Source: a virus
Lineage: Duplodnaviria; Caudoviricetes
Length of the DNA stretch: 34,412 nt
IMG/VR virus record: IMGVR_UViG_3300037602_000036
Span: 1-34,412 of that record
Direction: 5' to 3' (one strand)
A program made the translations under genes and the position numbers. Shown here in pieces: positions 1 to 9,334 of the stretch (positions are counted from its first letter, which is position 1; every line of letters begins with the position of its first letter). The notes under the pieces are model-generated. The model saw only the letters and a list, made by a program, of their open reading frames with translations, ran no database searches and was not told where the DNA came from.

Positions 1-60
1 GGTCCAGGCGAGGGATTTGTTCAAGGTGATCCCCCGATCGCTGTTTTCAATCATGGTCAT
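1..60 (-). CDS. Partial (5' end) phage protein, possibly membrane/lysis-cluster protein
   Basis: ATG at 60 preceded by GAGG; reads MTMIENSDRGITLNKSLAWT and runs off the window. Confidence 0.5.
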   Translation of the reverse strand, partial: MTMIENSDRGITLNKSLAWT

Positions 61-64
61 CCTC

Positions 65-481
65 TCAGGCCCCTAGTAGCGCAAGCTCGGCCTCAAAGGC
101 TGCGGTGACATCAAACCCTGCCGGGTCAGGCGCTGCCTCGATCTGCGCCGCGACCGCACCCTCGGCGGCAAAGCAGGTCTGGATGAACTGCACCACCGCA
201 GCGGCGGCGGCTTCCAGATCTTCTTGCGAGAGGGACACAAAGCCCGTGGGCGTTTTCCAGACAATCGGCGCGGTGAGCATGCCTTGCTGCAATGCGCTGA
301 TCGCGCCGGAGAGCGAAAGCCGCGTTGTCTCATCGCCGGGAAAGGTCGCCCCACTTGGCAAGGTCACGCCTTCGCAGGAGCGCTGCCAGCGCAGTTTTGC
401 CAGATCCTGAAGGCGGGCGGCGCGGATGGTCTCGACCTGCGCACTGGCGGTGACCACTTTGGAAAAGTCGATATTGCTCAT
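65..481 (-). CDS. DUF4376-like tail-associated protein
   Basis: MSNIDFSKVVTA...RW...WKT..GFV.L...IQ.CF.AE pattern; ATGA-coupled to upstream gene; follows tail fibre. Confidence 0.7.
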   Translation of the reverse strand: MSNIDFSKVVTASAQVETIRAARLQDLAKLRWQRSCEGVTLPSGATFPGDETTRLSLSGAISALQQGMLTAPIVWKTPTGFVSLSQEDLEAAAAAVVQFIQTCFAAEGAVAAQIEAAPDPAGFDVTAAFEAELALLGA

Positions 482-795
482 TGGGCGGGGTCCTCATCGG
501 CTGAGTGCGGCGGGATCGGCAGGGGGCCATCAGGCGCCGCGAGGATCGGCGCTGGAAAGCGGGTTTCCTCGGGCGCGTTTGCGCCATGCGGCAAGACCAA
601 TGTAAGGGTGATGCGGCCCCCTACGCTGGTCACATCCGAGGCCAGCCAAGCACAGGCTACGGCCGCGCGGGGCAGCACATCGCCCTCCTGCAAAGGTGAG
701 AAGTCGAAGCGCTCGCCATTGAGCGTGAGGCTGTCGCCCTCCACGACTGCCTCAAGCGGCGTATCCATGCGGGTGGGGGTGAAGGTAATATTCAT
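478..795 (-). CDS. Tail fibre-associated/assembly protein
   Basis: MNITFTPTRMD..L.LNGERFDFSPLQEGD.LP..LVLPHG..FP pattern typical of genes after fibre genes; start at ATG 795 with GGAG RBS. Confidence 0.65.
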   Translation of the reverse strand: MNITFTPTRMDTPLEAVVEGDSLTLNGERFDFSPLQEGDVLPRAAVACAWLASDVTSVGGRITLTLVLPHGANAPEETRFPAPILAAPDGPLPIPPHSADEDPAQ

Positions 796-805
796 GAGAG
801 CCTCC

Positions 806-1483
806 TTAGAACCAGCGGCCAATGGCGATGAACGATGCGGACCGACCCGCTACCGAGAGCGCGTTCAGGACATTGACCGTAATATCGGTGGTCGTCGTTG
901 TCGCGCATGTGGCGGTGAGCGATGTGTTGTTGGTCGCGCCGGGTGTGACGCTCGGCACTGCCGCAAAAGCCGCCGGGAAGGCCCAAGTCTGATTGGAAGC
1001 CCATTTATACAAAGCGCCCACTGGCGTGGTGGCATCGGCAGTGAACACATTGGAGATGCAGATCTGTGTCCCGTTCGCGATACGTATATACTCGCCATTC
1101 GCATTAACGCCCCGCTCAAAGAGCGCTCCTGTCGGGACACCTCCAGACTGTGAGACGGTGCCGACCAGATCTTCATAGTCCCAATCCCCCGCTGCCGACG
1201 ACAACAGGAACTTACCAGCCGCGCTGACCTCTCCAGCATCCGCGAGATCTGTCAGGGCAGCAGAAAATGCCTGCACGTCGCTGCCGATTTCCACCCCAAG
1301 CGCAGCCCGCGCCGCCACCGCAGTAGTCGCTCCCGTACCGCCCGTCGAGATCGGACGCGCCGTGTTCATATCGCTTTCGAGGTCTTCCAGCGGTTGGTTG
1401 TGCTGGCTCGCCGTGGCGCTGTTGCCGCTCGTGGCCGCATAGCCTGCTGGCAAGCTGTATACACCGCTTCCGTTCCGTGGCAT
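806..1483 (-). CDS. Short tail fibre protein
   Basis: MPRNGSGVYSLP N-terminus, GGTGATT..AARAALG motif, C-terminal NGEYIRIANGTQIC..FPAAF..AIGRWF (gp53-like) domain; AGGAG RBS. Confidence 0.75.
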   Translation of the reverse strand: MPRNGSGVYSLPAGYAATSGNSATASQHNQPLEDLESDMNTARPISTGGTGATTAVAARAALGVEIGSDVQAFSAALTDLADAGEVSAAGKFLLSSAAGDWDYEDLVGTVSQSGGVPTGALFERGVNANGEYIRIANGTQICISNVFTADATTPVGALYKWASNQTWAFPAAFAAVPSVTPGATNNTSLTATCATTTTTDITVNVLNALSVAGRSASFIAIGRWF

Positions 1484-1521
1484 TTTTGCAACTCCTGCTC
1501 TTCGTGATTGGTGAACGCGAC

Positions 1522-1540
1522 AAACCCCGCCGAAGCGGGG
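1522..1540 (-). terminator. Putative intrinsic terminator/hairpin
   Basis: Minus strand CCCCGC-TTCG-GCGGGG followed by TTT. Confidence 0.5.
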
Positions 1541-1548
1541 ATGGGCCA

Positions 1549-1577
1549 TTGCTTCACGCGATGACCATGGTTAAATT
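1549..1577 (+). promoter_or_regulatory. Sigma70-like promoter for the antisense membrane gene
   Basis: TTGCTT-N17-TAAATT, ending 6 nt before ATG 1584. Confidence 0.55.
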
Positions 1578-1583
1578 CGCTGC

Positions 1584-1787
1584 ATGGACTGGATCTTTTT
1601 CCTGCAGATCGTGACAGCGGTGATGCTGGGCAACGGCCTGACCGTTCTTTTCATCTATGTATGCTGGCGGATCAATCGTCAGGAAAGACTAACGGGTAGC
1701 CACGAGGGATTGCCGCCCTGGGTGTATTTCGTTGGCCTTGTTCCATTCGCGTTTGCCTTCGCTGGTTTCTTCTTCATGCCGCACTAG
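1584..1787 (+). CDS. Small two-TM membrane protein (moron; superinfection-exclusion candidate)
   Basis: 67 aa with two hydrophobic segments; fills the gap opposite to the late operon; own promoter. Confidence 0.7.
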   Translation: MDWIFFLQIVTAVMLGNGLTVLFIYVCWRINRQERLTGSHEGLPPWVYFVGLVPFAFAFAGFFFMPH

Positions 1788-3814
1788 CGCGCGCCGAGGT
1801 CCAATAGGCGCTCCCGCCCCGGTTGACGCATCAGCGCTGCTGCGATGCTTTCCCGCAGGTTATCACCCATCACCTTTCGCACGGCTGGCGCCAAAGTGGC
1901 TTGGGCATCTGATGACATAAGGGCTTCGGCAATCGCCCGGCGGGTCGCGTCGTTCTCGCCCCTCATGATCGGCCCCAGTGCGGCGCCAGCCTTCGCCACT
2001 GCATCACCCAAATTCAGGTTCCCCAAGCTGCGGGCGACGTCCATCACGCCACTGGTGGCGCTTCCAATCCCGTCCACGTCTGCAAGATTATCAGCTGTCC
2101 GCGATCCGCCGAGGGCGCGATTTTGCGTTTCCCACATGGAATTCTCGCGCGCCAGACGCCGTGCGTACAGTTCCGGGTCAAGGGTCATGGATTGCGCCTC
2201 GGCGGTGCGCTTTGGGCTCTGCAAGGGCTTGGCCCGGTTTGTTGTCGGTGCCGCAGATGCCTCAATCTGAGAAAGCACCCGATCTGCATACCCGGCCCGC
2301 GCCGCCGCCTGCTGATCCGGGGTCATGCCGGAGAACTGCGCCACGCTGTCGGTGGCACGCATTCCGGGGCGGGACATGTTGGCGCCCTCGCCCACCGCCT
2401 CGATCACACCACTCGCACTACGGAACTGATCATTTGCAGCCCGATAGGATGGGCTGGCCGCCTCAAGCGCTTGGTCCAGCTCACGCACCAGTTTTCCCAA
2501 CTCGCGCGCCTCGTTGTTCCTGCCTGCCCGAACCGCCGCGCCGATGTCATCCTGAACGGTCTGCTTGAGGCCCAGCACCCGGTCGAAGTCGCTCAACTCT
2601 CGTGCGCTGACACCTTCCTCCAGCGCAGACTCGGGCGCAGCGAGGCGGTTTCGATAGGACAGTAACTTGCTGTCGATACCATCACCCGCCACTCCACTGC
2701 CCTGCATCCCGCCGATACGGTTGTCGATCACAGACAGCGCACCGCGCACGTCCACCGGGGCCGCGTTGCCGCGTGCCGCGTCATAGGCCATATTTGCAGC
2801 CTCGCCACGCGCCTTGGTCAAGTCGTCGGTCAATTGGCTGGCCGATTGGATGCGGCGAGACAAAACGTCCGCCGGCTGATCGGGGCTGGCCTGACCTGGG
2901 ATCGAAACAGCCGTGCCTGATGCCTGACGGGGCTGAGCGGGGAGGCCGAAAGCCTCTTCGACAAACCCCGAAACGCGCTCGGGCTGGCCCATCTGGCGCC
3001 GTTGCAGGAAGTCGGCCAATTCCTCGGCCCCCTCGCCACCGGATCGCACCACGCCGGAGGCGCGACGCTGCCCAGCCTGGCCCAAGGCATCCATGAGGCG
3101 AAACTCGCCCTGCCCCTCAAGCGAAGCCTCTGACAGCTCCTTGGCAACACCATCAGCGGTCTTGCCGCTCTTCATCAGCGCATCAGCAATCGCGCGATAA
3201 ACCTTGGGCTGGCTCGGACGCCGCATGATCGCGCCGACAATCGGATCGGCCACCGACTTCACCCCAGCGATAGCCAATGGAGCTGCACCTCCCACAACAC
3301 CGCCGACGCCGGCCCCCCATGCCGCCTGATTGACGCGATCCTCGACACCCTCACCGCCGCCAGCGCCATGCATGGCCCCTTCGGTGGCGCCGATGCCAAT
3401 ACCGCGGCCAATGGTGCCGATGAGGCCCTTGCCCATTGCCAAGGGCGCAGAGGCCGCCGCAGGGGCAAGAGCGCCGGTGACCTGACCGGCCAGCGCAGTG
3501 CCGGGAAAGTCGCGTTCATCGGCCTCCATCATCGCTCGGGCCTTTTCGCGCTTGAAGGTGCCGAGGTCTTCTCCACCTGAGAGGTACCCGAGGCCTCCCG
3601 CAATCTCATCCAGCAGGCCAAAGCTCGCGCCCGTCGCCCCGCCACGTACAAAAGCTCCGCCACGCTGTGGCTCGAACTGACTCGCAAGCAACTCGCGAGA
3701 AGTATATTGCCCGGTTTCAGGATTGAAGAACATGCCCTCGGGTGTCTGCGGCGCTTGCGCCTGCCGCCTCTTGCGGGCAGCAGCGGCCAACGCCAGCGCG
3801 TTGAAGTCCGTCAT
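1784..3814 (-). CDS. Internal virion/DNA ejection protein
   Basis: 676 aa, Ala/Gly-rich helical, GASFGLLDEIAG motif; ATGA-coupled; position after lysozyme-containing gene. Confidence 0.7.
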   Translation of the reverse strand: MTDFNALALAAAARKRRQAQAPQTPEGMFFNPETGQYTSRELLASQFEPQRGGAFVRGGATGASFGLLDEIAGGLGYLSGGEDLGTFKREKARAMMEADERDFPGTALAGQVTGALAPAAASAPLAMGKGLIGTIGRGIGIGATEGAMHGAGGGEGVEDRVNQAAWGAGVGGVVGGAAPLAIAGVKSVADPIVGAIMRRPSQPKVYRAIADALMKSGKTADGVAKELSEASLEGQGEFRLMDALGQAGQRRASGVVRSGGEGAEELADFLQRRQMGQPERVSGFVEEAFGLPAQPRQASGTAVSIPGQASPDQPADVLSRRIQSASQLTDDLTKARGEAANMAYDAARGNAAPVDVRGALSVIDNRIGGMQGSGVAGDGIDSKLLSYRNRLAAPESALEEGVSARELSDFDRVLGLKQTVQDDIGAAVRAGRNNEARELGKLVRELDQALEAASPSYRAANDQFRSASGVIEAVGEGANMSRPGMRATDSVAQFSGMTPDQQAAARAGYADRVLSQIEASAAPTTNRAKPLQSPKRTAEAQSMTLDPELYARRLARENSMWETQNRALGGSRTADNLADVDGIGSATSGVMDVARSLGNLNLGDAVAKAGAALGPIMRGENDATRRAIAEALMSSDAQATLAPAVRKVMGDNLRESIAAALMRQPGRERLLDLGAR

Positions 3815-5634
3815 TGACGACCCTCCTGGTAGATTTCCCACATTTCCTGCGGCGTGACACCAGCGCTTCGCGCAGCCTCGATCACACCCGGATCAGACAT
3901 GAAGCTCTCCTGCGTCATAGCTGGGGCAGCGGGCGCTGCCCCCGACACATCTGACGCACCTTCGACCGCGCCGCCAAAACCGAACTGATCCGCGTTGGGA
4001 TAGGCATTAGCCTTGGCCAGAATAGCGCCGTAGACGCCTTTGAGCCGGTTGAGGTTGCGCTGCAGCTGGTCTTTGCTCTGAGACTGCTTGATGCTGCCAA
4101 GAACGGCTTGCAGCTCAGTCAGCTCGCGCTCTGATACCGCACCGAGCGCACCGCCGGTCGGGCTCGCCTCGCGCATCTGCTGCAGGCGATCAAACCCGAT
4201 ATTCGCTTGGATGGTCCGTAGGGTGTTCTCCAGATCATGCGCCTCGGTGCCACCGATGTTGCTGGCGACAGATCCGATCACCCCGGTTGTTCCGAAGCCC
4301 CCGGACTGCTCCAGTGCAAGATCAATGTCCTGCATGACGATGTTTGCCGCACGGCTGGTCTGCGCCTCAAGCTCTGACTTGGCCGCCGCTGCTGCCTGCA
4401 AGTCCTGCGCAGCCGGAGACCCCGGAACAGGCGCTGCGGTCGGCAAGCCTGTCTGCGGGTCGACCTTCGGCTGACCAGTCTCCGGGTCCAAGACATACCC
4501 ATAGTCCGTGCTGAGCTTGCCCAGCTCAGGGCCAGCACCTCCCACCGTGACATTCGTAGCCCCAGCGCGGCGGCTCTGCAAATTCCACTCGTTGAAAGAT
4601 AGCGGCTCACGACCCGCCGCCTGCTCTTGCTGGGTGTAAAACTGATAATCCTTCTGGTCAGCTGTCAGGTCGGGCGCCTCAAGCTTTTGCCGTTGCAGAT
4701 CAAGCTGCGCCTGCTGATAGGGCGTGATCTGCGGGTTCTGCATCTGGGACAGCTCCATTTGCATCTTCTGCATTTGCAGCTGACGCATCGGGTCACTGGC
4801 CTGCATCTGGCGCTGCATCAGGGCTTCGAGCACGGCCACCCGTGCCGGATCGCGCTGAATGTAGGGATTGCCGAGGGCCTGCGCGATCTGCTGGATGCTG
4901 GCGTTTGGCCCGCCACCTCCGCCCCCGCCAGTGTATTCCGCCACGCGGCGGGCGCGGTGCTGCTCTGCCGGGCGCAGGAAGTGGTTCACGATAGCAGCTG
5001 CGGCGCTCGGTGCGTCCTGAGACGCGAGGATCGCCTTGGCCGCACCTCTTTCGCTCCCCTGCAGCTCACTCATCAGGAAATCCAATTGCAGGTCGGTATC
5101 GCTGACCGGCTTGCCTTGGCTCTGCGCGAAAGCCTCCAGCTCCCTGCGGCGCGGGCCGGTCCACTGGGCCAACCCAAACCCGCCGCGCGATCCCGGTACG
5201 GTTGGCGCAATCTCGTTGATACCCGGGTTCAGGCCGCTTTCGTCCTGAAAGTTCATCACGAATCCATCAGCGATGTGCGCAGGAAGACCGCGATCAATCA
5301 GGCCTTGCCGGATCTCCCCCGCGTTCACGGCGCTGGCTGCGTCGCTCGTCGGTCCGCCATAGGCCGCCATCGCCTCTCTTTGCCCCATAGGTGCCGGGTT
5401 GCCACCTGAGAGGATCGACCCATAGAGCGAGTCCGCCTCGGATGACAGGCGCTGGTCTGCCTGAGATGCTTGACGATCAGCGCCACGGGCCACGAGCGCC
5501 TTGGCAATGGCTTGAATCCCCTCACCCACATTCTTGGGCGCACCGATGCTGCCCCGCATCTGCTCCGCGATCTTACGGCGCTGCTGGACCTGATCATAGG
5601 TGAGGCCGGTATCGCCCCCGAAAATGTATGTCAT
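3811..5634 (-). CDS. Ejection protein with phage tail-type lysozyme domain
   Basis: NFQDESGLNP..GFGLAQWTGPRR..QLDF...FLRP motif (Phage_lysozyme2-like) at about 4930-5315, followed by Gln-rich helical region. Confidence 0.8.
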   Translation of the reverse strand: MTYIFGGDTGLTYDQVQQRRKIAEQMRGSIGAPKNVGEGIQAIAKALVARGADRQASQADQRLSSEADSLYGSILSGGNPAPMGQREAMAAYGGPTSDAASAVNAGEIRQGLIDRGLPAHIADGFVMNFQDESGLNPGINEIAPTVPGSRGGFGLAQWTGPRRRELEAFAQSQGKPVSDTDLQLDFLMSELQGSERGAAKAILASQDAPSAAAAIVNHFLRPAEQHRARRVAEYTGGGGGGGPNASIQQIAQALGNPYIQRDPARVAVLEALMQRQMQASDPMRQLQMQKMQMELSQMQNPQITPYQQAQLDLQRQKLEAPDLTADQKDYQFYTQQEQAAGREPLSFNEWNLQSRRAGATNVTVGGAGPELGKLSTDYGYVLDPETGQPKVDPQTGLPTAAPVPGSPAAQDLQAAAAAKSELEAQTSRAANIVMQDIDLALEQSGGFGTTGVIGSVASNIGGTEAHDLENTLRTIQANIGFDRLQQMREASPTGGALGAVSERELTELQAVLGSIKQSQSKDQLQRNLNRLKGVYGAILAKANAYPNADQFGFGGAVEGASDVSGAAPAAPAMTQESFMSDPGVIEAARSAGVTPQEMWEIYQEGRQ

Positions 5635-7124
5635 GCAAAGAACCCCCCGAAGACGCTACCAGCCGGGGCGCCGAGAAGCGTTGCGCCTGCCCCTAGCAAA
5701 CCACCGAGACCCGCTTGCCTTGAGTTGTATGCGCCAAGCTGTTGGTTGTAGTTTGCCATCGTCAGCCCCGCGACGTCCGTGGTCGGGATCTGCGGCATCT
5801 GTGTTTGGGTGAACGAGGGCTGTGTCACCTGACCAGTGCCAAGAAGCGCCCCGATTTCGTTGATGGGCTGATTGCGCAGCGCCAAGGTCTCATCCCGCGC
5901 AATGGCCCGGTCCTGATCCGCCCGAGCCGCCAGGGCGAGGTCGTTCTGCAGCCGGTTGTTGCGCACGTCATTGGCGAAAGCCTGCTGCTGAAACCGAGTT
6001 GCGTTATTTTGTGCTGCTGCGTCGTTTCCAAGCTGTGTCCGCGTTGCATTCTGCCCAAACCGCTGTTGCTGGGCTGCATTTGCCGCCTGCATCCCGGCAA
6101 GATCGCTGTTGAACTGCAGGGCGCGCGCGTCGTTCGCGAAATCACCGCGAGACTGAAGCTGCCCAAACATCTGCTGCTGCGCCGAGTTTTCAAACCCGGC
6201 CCGTTGCGCTTCCAGACCCGCCATTCGGGACTGTTCCTGCCCGCCCGCCAAGATGGCCTGCATCCGCGCGTCATTGGATTGCTCTCCAAAGCGGTTCATG
6301 GCCCGGTCATAGGCCTCGGAGCCCTCGCGAATGCCCTGATTAAGGAGCGAGGTACGCAGGGATTCACGATCCTGCTGCAGCTGCGGGTTCATGCGCGACA
6401 TAAGCGCTTCTTCAACCCGGCGTCGATCTTCCGAGAAGTCCGTGCCATAGCTTCGGGTGATTTCCCCCGCGCCACCAAATCCGGTTTGGAAAGACTGACC
6501 GGGAACCGATCCTTGAATGCTGCCGGAGTTGGCAATGTCTCCATTTGCCCGCTGCAAATCGCGCCGGTTTACAATGTGGAGGTTTTCATTTCGGTTGCGG
6601 ATGTCCGCGGCTGACCCCCCTTCCGGCAGTTCGTCAAAGGAAAGTTCGGTGCCCATGTGATCGAGCAGACTCTGAGCACTGTTCGCCGCAAGCTCGCTGG
6701 TGTGGATGCCCGCTTGGTTCGTGTTGTCCAAGATCGTTTGCTGATCCGGCGACAGGGTTTGAACCGCAGTATACTGCGGGATCTCATAGACCTCGCCAGA
6801 GTTCGGATCGGTAAATGTCGTCGTCCGGTAGGCGTCTTCGACGTTGTTTCTCCGAATGTAACGCTCTGCCGCTTCTCTGCTTCGAAAGCCATTCCCTTGC
6901 GGATCATCCCCAAGGTAGAAACGGTTTGCATTCAGGCCATGCGCCCGGCCAGATCGGATATATGACGGGTCAATAGTCTGCTCGAAGGTCAAGCTACCAT
7001 AAGGGGTGACTTGGTTGACGTTGCTGAGCGAAGAGTTGGCGATCGCGGTTGCAACGTTGGTCGCGGTCTGAGCCCCGGCTGTTTCTCGCGGATCTGGCGG
7101 AGTCGGTGCTGAACCTTTGCCCAT
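5631..7124 (-). CDS. Internal virion/ejection protein
   Basis: MGKGSAPTPPDP N-terminus, Gln/Ala-rich, Gly-rich hydrophobic C-terminus; synteny. Confidence 0.7.
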   Translation of the reverse strand: MGKGSAPTPPDPRETAGAQTATNVATAIANSSLSNVNQVTPYGSLTFEQTIDPSYIRSGRAHGLNANRFYLGDDPQGNGFRSREAAERYIRRNNVEDAYRTTTFTDPNSGEVYEIPQYTAVQTLSPDQQTILDNTNQAGIHTSELAANSAQSLLDHMGTELSFDELPEGGSAADIRNRNENLHIVNRRDLQRANGDIANSGSIQGSVPGQSFQTGFGGAGEITRSYGTDFSEDRRRVEEALMSRMNPQLQQDRESLRTSLLNQGIREGSEAYDRAMNRFGEQSNDARMQAILAGGQEQSRMAGLEAQRAGFENSAQQQMFGQLQSRGDFANDARALQFNSDLAGMQAANAAQQQRFGQNATRTQLGNDAAAQNNATRFQQQAFANDVRNNRLQNDLALAARADQDRAIARDETLALRNQPINEIGALLGTGQVTQPSFTQTQMPQIPTTDVAGLTMANYNQQLGAYNSRQAGLGGLLGAGATLLGAPAGSVFGGFFA

Positions 7125-7127
7125 GAT

Positions 7128-7553
7128 TTACCTCGCAAGTCTTGACGCGATCCACGCATCATCTGTTAGGGATTGAATGCACTCGGCCTCATGGCGTCCG
7201 CGCAGACGGGGAATGATGAACTCGGTGGCGCCAAAGGCTTTCCACAAGCGCCGAACGCTGTGGTTGCTCTCGACACAGCGCGCCACGGCCATTTGGCAAC
7301 CGGCGCCACCAAAGACGTATCCAAAGGCCTCTTGCAGGACCGATCGCTGTGCCCAAGCCGGGTTGATTGCTGCGGCAGATACCTCGATCACAGCAGCCTC
7401 GGGGCTCCAGTTGTGAAACACCAGACCGGCGGCCAAACGGCCATCCTTGGTCAACACCGCGCCAGTCTTGCAGGGTCCAAAGCCGCGGTTGATACCTATC
7501 TGCTTGGCCACGAAAGGAACCACAAGGTCCTCGCCACCCCAAACCAGCTTCAA
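7128..7553 (-). CDS. GNAT-fold virion morphogenesis protein
   Basis: TTG start overlapping upstream TGA; AGLVFHNW..IEVSAAA..W..F.YVF..C pattern; position between nozzle and ejection genes. Confidence 0.7.
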   Translation of the reverse strand: MKLVWGGEDLVVPFVAKQIGINRGFGPCKTGAVLTKDGRLAAGLVFHNWSPEAAVIEVSAAAINPAWAQRSVLQEAFGYVFGGAGCQMAVARCVESNHSVRRLWKAFGATEFIIPRLRGRHEAECIQSLTDDAWIASRLAR

Positions 7554-9334
7554 GCCGCCTTCCCCCCGCCGCTCAGAAGAAGATCGACCGAGATCAGCTC
7601 GGCCTCGATACGTACCGGGCCAGATGACGCGACTTGAACCATGGGCGCCATGGCATAGCCCTGACCAGTCACAGAGCGCCACAGGTCCACCCGGCCCAAT
7701 CGCTCGGAGTCCTGATCGCTGCCCCAGACAACCTCGTCCCAGTTACCGCTATCCCAAACCAGAACGCTGCCGGTGTCGGACATGGCATTCGGCGCCGTGG
7801 GAAAGCGCACTTGATAATCCGTTGCAACGCTCAGCTGATATGCGAAACTTCCGACAGCGAACCAGCTGGCCCGCGCCATGCTCGCTACCTTGTAGGCCGA
7901 GGCATCACCGAGGTCTGAAAACGGCCAACACGCCTGCGCAAGAAAGACCGCGCCATCATCGGCGCCGCTGTCGTCAATCTTGTAGATCCGCCCGTCGCTT
8001 CGACCGACATAGACGCTGCCGAGATAGGCTCCTATGCAATCGCCAGACCAGCCGACCTGCGTTCCCCACGCGCCGGTCAGCACGTTTGCCGTGAACAACC
8101 GGCTGGCCCCGGGGAACAGCGCCAAAAGCAAGCTTTGGTCCGTCCATTTCAGCAGCTCGACGTTCGCGCCGTAGGTCCGCGAGGTCCGCGCCCAAGTCGT
8201 CTTGATATTCCTAGTCGCCGCAGCAAGTGTCAGCTCCGCCGGGTCTTTGGTGATCGCGGCCGACAGCGGAACAATCCCGTCATCCGTGGCAATCAGGAGA
8301 TCGCCGCCGATATTGACAGACCCGCGCTTTCCGATGGGCTTGCCGATATCATACCGACCCTGCAGGCCCCAGGTGTTGATGCTGGATGGATCAGTTCCGG
8401 AATAGATGGCAACCTCGCCCTCGGTACTGATGAAGACGCATTTGTCATCCAGAACTGCGCCGCTGTCGGTGGCCCACGTTGCCCCGAACAGCAACGAACC
8501 ACCACGGCGAAACACGCCAGCGAGGTTGATATCAAGCGCTGCGCCACCCACAGACCCCGCCGGGAGATACCACGCCTTGAGGGTGTCCTTCTGGATGAAG
8601 AACATGCGGTTCTGATAAAGCCATGGATGCGACAGGGTGTCGGTGTCCACGCCCGTAATGGTGAAGACTGAGGCGCTGCTCTCCGCTCCGTCCGCATCGG
8701 CCGAGCCGCTGGCGCTAGTGATGGTCGCATTGTCCGTGAAAGGGCCGCCGGTGACGGTGCCGATTTTTAGAGTACCGGTCGTGGCGCTGGTGCGCACCAC
8801 GCCGAAGATGGTGGCCGAAGCCGTGCCATCCGTGACTGTCTCGCCAACCTCGAAATCTGCAGTCAGAGCGTCATATGCCAAATCACTGATCGCTTCATCC
8901 GCAATCGGGTTCAGATCGCCCCCGTCGTAGATCTGGGTGAAATCCTCGCCATTGCAAAAGAACAGGAAGTCCCCGCCAGAGGTGCCAATCTGCTGCGATG
9001 ACCAATCGCCCGAGGTGTAACCACTACCAATGGGAGCGGGAGCCGTGGTGGGGTTCAAGCTGCTGATGTTATAGATCGCATCGGCGGTTGCGGCGAAGAA
9101 CTCAGGCGCGATGGAGTCGATGTAGGGGTGCAGAGTCTTCACCGCGTCGGTGACATAAGCCGCCCGCGTCCGCCCGCCGCGCACTCGCGCACCGCGCTCG
9201 GTCGGCACCCATCCCTCAAGCCACTCCGCGCCCAAAGGATCGGCCGCAACGGTAGGTTGGTTCTCGATCAGGCCGCGCACCGGTGCCGGGAACGGGACAG
9301 GCTGCCCCTGTGAGCGCTTAACGGGACGTCTCAC
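7550..9334 (-). CDS. Tail nozzle/head closure protein (T7 gp12/P22 gp10-like position)
   Basis: About 594 aa, beta-rich; GTGA-coupled start; follows adaptor gene. Confidence 0.7.
   Translation of the reverse strand: MRRPVKRSQGQPVPFPAPVRGLIENQPTVAADPLGAEWLEGWVPTERGARVRGGRTRAAYVTDAVKTLHPYIDSIAPEFFAATADAIYNISSLNPTTAPAPIGSGYTSGDWSSQQIGTSGGDFLFFCNGEDFTQIYDGGDLNPIADEAISDLAYDALTADFEVGETVTDGTASATIFGVVRTSATTGTLKIGTVTGGPFTDNATITSASGSADADGAESSASVFTITGVDTDTLSHPWLYQNRMFFIQKDTLKAWYLPAGSVGGAALDINLAGVFRRGGSLLFGATWATDSGAVLDDKCVFISTEGEVAIYSGTDPSSINTWGLQGRYDIGKPIGKRGSVNIGGDLLIATDDGIVPLSAAITKDPAELTLAAATRNIKTTWARTSRTYGANVELLKWTDQSLLLALFPGASRLFTANVLTGAWGTQVGWSGDCIGAYLGSVYVGRSDGRIYKIDDSGADDGAVFLAQACWPFSDLGDASAYKVASMARASWFAVGSFAYQLSVATDYQVRFPTAPNAMSDTGSVLVWDSGNWDEVVWGSDQDSERLGRVDLWRSVTGQGYAMAPMVQVASSGPVRIEAELISVDLLLSGGGKAA

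Noticed and set aside
806-1483. Diversity-generating retroelement or invertible fibre cassette
   Set aside because: No reverse transcriptase, invertase or template repeat of the fibre 3' end seen in the window
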